The notes under the pieces are model-generated. The model was not told the origin of the DNA. It ran no database searches and saw only the letters and a list, made by a program, of their open reading frames with translations. Made by a program: the position numbers and the translations under genes. From Selaginella moellendorffii (taxonomy: Eukaryota; Plantae; Lycopodiophyta), in NCBI RefSeq assembly GCF_000143415.4, contig NW_003314559.1, forward strand, positions 1 to 13,215: a stretch of DNA of 13,215 nt. Direction: 5' to 3'. The stretch's first letter is position 1, and every line of letters begins with the position of its first letter. This document shows, in pieces, positions 7,964-13,215 of this stretch.

Positions 7964-10900
7964 TTATGACGATGACTGGAGCTTGATGAGCTGAGCGTAG
8001 GCTCCTCGCTTGGCTACGAGCTCCGAGTGCCTTCCCTGCTCCACAATCTCACCGTCATGCAGCACGGCAATCTGGTCGGCACTGCAAATCGTAGATAGCC
8101 TGTGTGCCACAACCACTGTCGTTCTCTCCTCCATCAGCCGCTCAAGAGCTTCCTGGACAGTTCTCTCAGACTCGGCGTCTAGAGCACTCGTGGCTTCGTC
8201 CAGCAATAGTATTGCAGGATTTTTGAGAACGGCTCGTGCAATTGCTACCCGCTGCTTCTGACCACCTGGAGATCAATGAATGACGTAGTGCTTCGTTTTA
8301 GAATCAAACAAAAGTTGTCGACGTACCTGAAAGTTGGACACCTCGCTCACCAACGTTTGTAGCGTATCCATCGGGAAGGCTGCTAATAAACTCGTGGGCG
8401 TTCGCCGCCTTTGCAGCAGCCACAATCTCAGCTTCCGAAGCACTCTCTTTTCCGTAGGCGATGTTCTCGCAAATGCTCGTTCCAAAAAGAGCTGGTTCTT
8501 GTTGCACTAGACCAACATGACGCCTGTACGCCTTGACGTTGAGCTTTTTGACATCTCTGCCGTCCACGAGAACCATCCCCTTGAAAGGATCATAGAACCT
8601 TTCCACCAATGCAATAACCGAGCTCTTCCCGGAGCCGCTGGGACCGACCAAAGCCAAACTCCGTCCAGCTCGAATCTTCAAGTTCAGACCAGCAAAGATA
8701 GCTACCTCGGGTCTCGACGGATATGCAAAGTGAATGTCTCGGAGTTCTATATCACCGCGGAGTTTAATGAGCTTTTGTGACGTTGGACCGTCCAAATCCA
8801 TTTCCGTTGCTCTGTCCAGCAGCTCAAACACTGATTTGAATGACTTTGCCGTCTTGGAAATGTCCGGAAGCATTGCTAGACTGTCTGCGATGGGAAATGC
8901 CGCCATGACGAGGACGAGAAAAGCTTGCAGAACGTTTGCGGGGCTTGATTTGCTTGCTTTGACGAGGACGGCACCGTACCAAAGGCCGAGACCATAGGAC
9001 CCGAACAGAGACAGAGTCGAGAATCCATAGCCGAGTCCCACAATGCTTCCATGAAACAAGCTGCGTTTAGCCGGGGTCTGAAGCTCCAAAGTAACTAAGT
9101 TGACGAGTTTCTTTTCTGCGTTGAATGCTGCTATAGTTCGAATATTGCTCACAGCATCTCCGGCCAGCATGCTTGCCCGAGAATGAGATCTTTCCAGATC
9201 TCCAGCCAATCCTTGAAGGAACAATTTCTAAGGGAGAGCATTGTGTCAGTAAAGCAAAACAATGTAAAAGGCCAGCTCACCTGCGCAAAGGTCGACAATA
9301 CAATAAACGGAAAAGTTGCGGCCACGACAATTGCTACTCGCCACTCCACCAAAAAAGCTATGGCGAACGAAGCAACTATCACAGCGACGTTTTGAACCAT
9401 TGAACCTAGTATATCTCCACTTGCAGATTTCATGTACACGGCATCAGAAGCCAAACGAGAGGCAAGCTGGCTGCTTGAATGCTCTTCTCGATCAAACCAG
9501 CTTATCTCATTGCGTAAAATACCTGCATCACAGAGGTTGTAAGACATGATACTGAACATAACTGAGGATGATGCTTACCCGATAGCATCATTTTTCTTAC
9601 GCGCATCGTCAAGTTTTCCCCAGCAATCCCGAATGAGTAGTACTGTACAAAAAAGGCAACAAATGCCCCCACAGCAACCATGACGAAGACCACGCTGTAC
9701 TTTGCTGTGTGCCGTTTCATTTCTTCGAAGTCCTGATAGTAGTAGACGTCGAGAATTTTGGAGACGAGGAATGAGTACGCCGGATTAGGAAGGCCCGAAC
9801 ACACAGCTCCAATCGTACCAAGAACCAAGAACGGCAAATCTGGTAAGTTGATTGTCACGAACTTCTTCAGAACATCATCAGCCTCGACATTTTCCTCGTC
9901 TTCCCTTGAGGTAAAACTTAGACCGTTCAGTTTTGACAATCTGAAGCTGCCACCGGTGCTGGAATTTAGATCATCCACACTCGACAACCTACGAAAGCTG
10001 CTCGAGGAGCAATTAGAAAGCCTGCATGAAATAGTTCACTTAATAAGCTCAAAACTTATTGCTGTGTGTGTACTTTACCTTGAGGTAGCTTCCGTTGTTC
10101 TGGCTTCCTCAAGCCGAACGAGTCCCGAATATAGAGATTTTTCGTCGGCAATAAGCTGTTGGTGCGATCCGGTTTCCACAAGCCTTCCATTTTGAAGCAC
10201 AGCAATGGAATCTGTGCCTTTGAGAGTACACAACCTGTGCGCTATAATAACTGTCGTTCTTGCCACCATGATTTTGTCGACTGCGTCTTGTACCACATTC
10301 TCGGACTCAGCATCTAAAGCACTGGTTGCCTCATCCAACAACAGTATCGCTGGATTTCTGACCAATGCTCTAGCTATGGCTATCCTCTGCTTTTGGCCTC
10401 CAGAAAGTTGTAAGCCTCTTGAACCAACCTGCAATGTACTCGAGCAGTTTAGACACTGAAAAACTAGTGCCTAGGCACCTGTGTTTCGTAGCCTTGAGGA
10501 AGCTGATTTATAAAATCGTGCGCATTTGAAGTCCTGGCAGCTAGCTTTATCTCCTCCATGTTCGCATCATCTTTGCCGTAAAGTATGTTTTGCGCGATGG
10601 TGGTAGCGAACAAAGCTGGTTCTTGGTTAACGAGACCAATCTGTGACCGGAGCCATTTTAATTGTAGAGATTTGGTGTTGTAACCATCCAAGAGAATTTC
10701 TCCTGTAGAAGTATAAAACTCAGAAAAGAAATATAAGCAAAGAAGCAATTCACCTGAACTTGGGTCGTAAAACCTTTCAATGAGAGATATTATCGTGCTC
10801 TTCCCGGAGNNNNNNNNNNNNNNNNNNNNNNNNNNNNNNNNNNNNNNNNNNNNNNNNNNNNNNNNNNNNNNNNNNNNNNNNNNNNNNNNNNNNNNNNNNN

Positions 10901-12402
10901 NNNNNNNNNCTCAGGTCGTGAAGAACTCGAGCATCTGGCCTGGAGGGATAGTTGAAGGTAACTTTATTCAGCTCAAGCTCTCCACGGACGTGTTGAAGAC
11001 AAAATTCCGTTGACTCTTCACAGTTAGTGATCGTATTCTTGTTGTCTAAAGTTTCCAGAATTTTGAACGCAGCGGCTCTTGCATTCGATATAGCAGCAAT
11101 GGTCGGAGCAGTCTGTCCGAGAGCACTATGAGAAAAACGTTCAGCATCAGAACTCAAAACATAATCAATAACAGTAACTTACAAGGCACCTAAGAGCACG
11201 CAAAATATTGTAGATAGAGCTTTTCCACCGTTTGTCGTGCGGTTTCTTACGAGAATGCCACCGTACCACATCAGTAAGGCCCAAGAACACAAGGGCAATG
11301 CATACATTGCTCCCATTCCAATCCCTTTGACAAGTCCGGCTCTATATCCCAGACGTAGCGTAGAACCGAGGGCAGCGGTGTACAGACTGATCGTTTTTTG
11401 CTCGCCAACAAACGAATAGACTGTCCGAATTTGAGAAATTGCCTGCAAGTCAGTCTGGAGTAAGAAATTTAGTCTGGAAGTCTACGTACTTACTCCTTCA
11501 ACGATGTTTCCCGCTTTGTCGTATTCCTTCTGGGTCTTCGATGAAACGCCAGTGATGACATGAGCGTAGAGACCTCCAGCTAGAATGACCACCGGTACGG
11601 TTGCCAGCGTCAAAAGTCCGAGCTGCCACACAGTTGCAAATCCCAATGCGATGCCTCCAAAAAACGTGGAAACGTGATGGATGAGGACTCCCATCTACGA
11701 AAGAGCAAAAGAGAGAGGGAAGAAACATCACATCTACAAACTATTGAATGAAAGCGAAAGAGATAAAAAAGAAAGGCTATTAAAGTACTCACTTTCTCGC
11801 TTATAGCCTGCTGGATGAGCAAAGTGTTGGAGGAAATGCTGCTAACGAGCTCCCCAGTCCTCGCGTCGTCGCGATCGAAGAACGAGATATCGTGCCGCAG
11901 GATTGCCTCCAAGTAGCTGATCCTGATCTTCCTGCATTGCCGCTCTCCGGTCTGGATCCAGCACGCAACCTCTGCAACATCAGAGCTAGGAATTCCTCCC
12001 ATTCTTTCAAGAACAAAATCCCTCTACCTAGCCAAGACGCGCCAAAGAGGATCAATCCCAGATACAAGAAATCCAATGCCACCTGATCGATCGCGAGCAC
12101 GATCACGAGAGATCACAACGAAATATCCATACCTTGGACACGCTGTGATACATGTGCCGAAGATCCTTGTCCGATCCAAGAACATGAGCCAATCGTCCGA
12201 AGGAGAAGAAGAAAATCGGCAGCGCCAGGCCGTGCGCGATGGCGCCGAGCGATCCCAGCGCCATGAGCAAGTGGTCGCATCGATCGGCAAAGAAGAAGAG
12301 CTTGTGGAGCGGCGCCAAGGATGAGGGCGGTCCATCGCTATTGAGCCCTAAAGATTTGGAGCCACTGGCGTTGGCATTTCCACTTACATTCCTTCTAGTC
12401 AT
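7964..12402 (-). CDS. ABCB: Full-size ABCB (MDR/PGP) ABC transporter, ABCB1/ABCB19-related, ~1248 aa, 12 exons: 12402-12133, 12082-12028, 11971-11793, 11694-11494, 11442-11183, 11125-10754 (contains N gap), 10702-10479, 10428-10079, 10021-9579, 9522-9281, 9227-8327, 8265-7964
   Basis: TMD1-NBD1-TMD2-NBD2 layout. Both NBDs have a Q-loop (VNQEP/VQQEP), [20 protein letters not shown] and AHRL; Walker A GPSGSGKS is visible in NBD2. All 11 introns are GT-AG with consistent phases; stop TAA at 7964-7966. Confidence 0.95.
10810..10909. other. Assembly gap (100 N placeholder) over the NBD1 Walker A
   Basis: Exactly 100 N. The paralogous interval in copy A (1411-1457) is 47 bp. Confidence 0.99.
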
Positions 12403-12850
12403 TACAATGCGTATGGAACGATCAACTTTCCTCCACTGGAGGATCCCAGATAAAGAGCGTTCTAGCTCAAAGAAGAAGAACGATCGAGTAAGAGAGAGAG
12501 AGAACTCTCTTTCCAGGGAGGTGAAAACTAGAAAACAAAGAAATCTCTAAGCTTTTGCAAATTTGATTCTTCCAGCCAAGCTACACACAAAAAAGAAGAA
12601 GTGAAGATCACAGCTAAGTAGCGAGATCCCTCGCTAGTGTTTTTTTTCTTCTTCTCTTTCTTTGCGAGATTTGTCGGTTGTCTGCCCAGGATCCAGCATC
12701 TTCGACATGTGACGAGACTCGTTCATCGAACATGAGATCTTCAAAGCTCTTGACTTGGTATCAAAGAAACCAAAGAAAAACCAAGAACTTTGTCCGAGAA
12801 GTTGACAAAAAAATGGTTTTTTTTTTTTTTGTGTGTGTGTTCTTCATCAG

Positions 12851-13215
12851 CTAGCTCGGAGAACTGTGCTGCTGCTGCAATTTTATAAGATGCGAGTAAG
12901 CACCATCGGCTTTCGCGACGAGCTCCCAGTGACTTCCCTGCTCCACGATGGTTCCATCCTGGATCACCGCGATCTTGTCCGCGTTTCGTATCGTGGACAA
13001 GCGATGAGCAACCACGATGGTCGTCCGGCCTTTCATCAACCTGTCCAGCGCCTCCTGGACGATGTGCTCCGACTCGGCATCCAGCGCGCTGGTGGCCTCG
13101 TCCAGCAGGAGGATCGTCGGGTTCTTGAGCACTGCTCGAGCGATCGCCACCCCTTTGCTTCTGTCCACCCGAGAGCTGCGCATCCTCGCTCGCCGACGCT
13201 GTTTTGTAGCCATCC
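12851..13215 (-). CDS. ABCB: 3' end (NBD2) of a third ABCB transporter, ABCB19-like; partial
   Basis: [101 protein letters not shown]..., stop at 12851-12853. About three 1-nt indels in the last 70 bp of the window. Confidence 0.9.
   Translation of the reverse strand, partial: MATKQRRRARMRSSRVDRSKGVAIARAVLKNPTILLLDEATSALDAESEHIVQEALDRLMKGRTTIVVAHRLSTIRNADKIAVIQDGTIVEQGSHWELVAKADGAYSHLIKLQQQHSSPS

Noticed and set aside
226-12550. Numerous plus-strand ORFs over the tubulin and ABCB genes (e.g. 226-474, 2119-2658, 8010-8261, 9758-10195)
   Set aside because: Antisense shadows of minus-strand coding sequence with no independent protein features.
12620-12648. Hairpin TAGCGAG-ATCC-CTCGCTA followed by a T-run (terminator or Helitron end)
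   Set aside because: Rho-independent terminators do not apply to a nuclear locus, the CTAG lies inside the stem rather than downstream of it, and no Helitron 5' end was found.
13145-13205. Frameshifts suggesting the third ABCB is a pseudogene (ORF start MATKQRRR...)
   Set aside because: The 1-nt indels cluster in the last 70 bp of the sequence while the rest is clean, so low-quality read-end errors are more likely. Unresolved without reads.

Overview
Eukaryotic plant DNA. The ultra-short 50-60 bp GT-AG introns and tight gene spacing suggest a lycophyte such as Selaginella (inference). The window looks like one small shotgun scaffold: it starts with a 10-nt pUC polylinker remnant, has a 100-N gap, and ends in indel-rich sequence. 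It holds a tandem segmental duplication of an [ABCB/P-glycoprotein transporter -> beta-tubulin] unit on the minus strand, with reciprocal decay. In copy A (11-2822) the visible beta-tubulin is intact and the ABCB is a deletion-riddled pseudogene. In copy B (7019-12557) the beta-tubulin is broken and the 12-exon ABCB (~1248 aa) looks intact. The 3' end of a third, ABCB19-like gene lies at 12851-13215. A ~4 kb AT-rich island separates the copies. It contains an old non-autonomous LTR retroelement (3563-5842; ~182 bp LTRs, PPT, TCTT target duplication, no recognisable gag/pol, internal 27-bp repeat), a second truncated copy of it, and three copies of an AT-rich repeat, one inverted. I found no new enzymatic or defence system; the interest is evolutionary and regulatory. 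Alignments and counts were done by eye.
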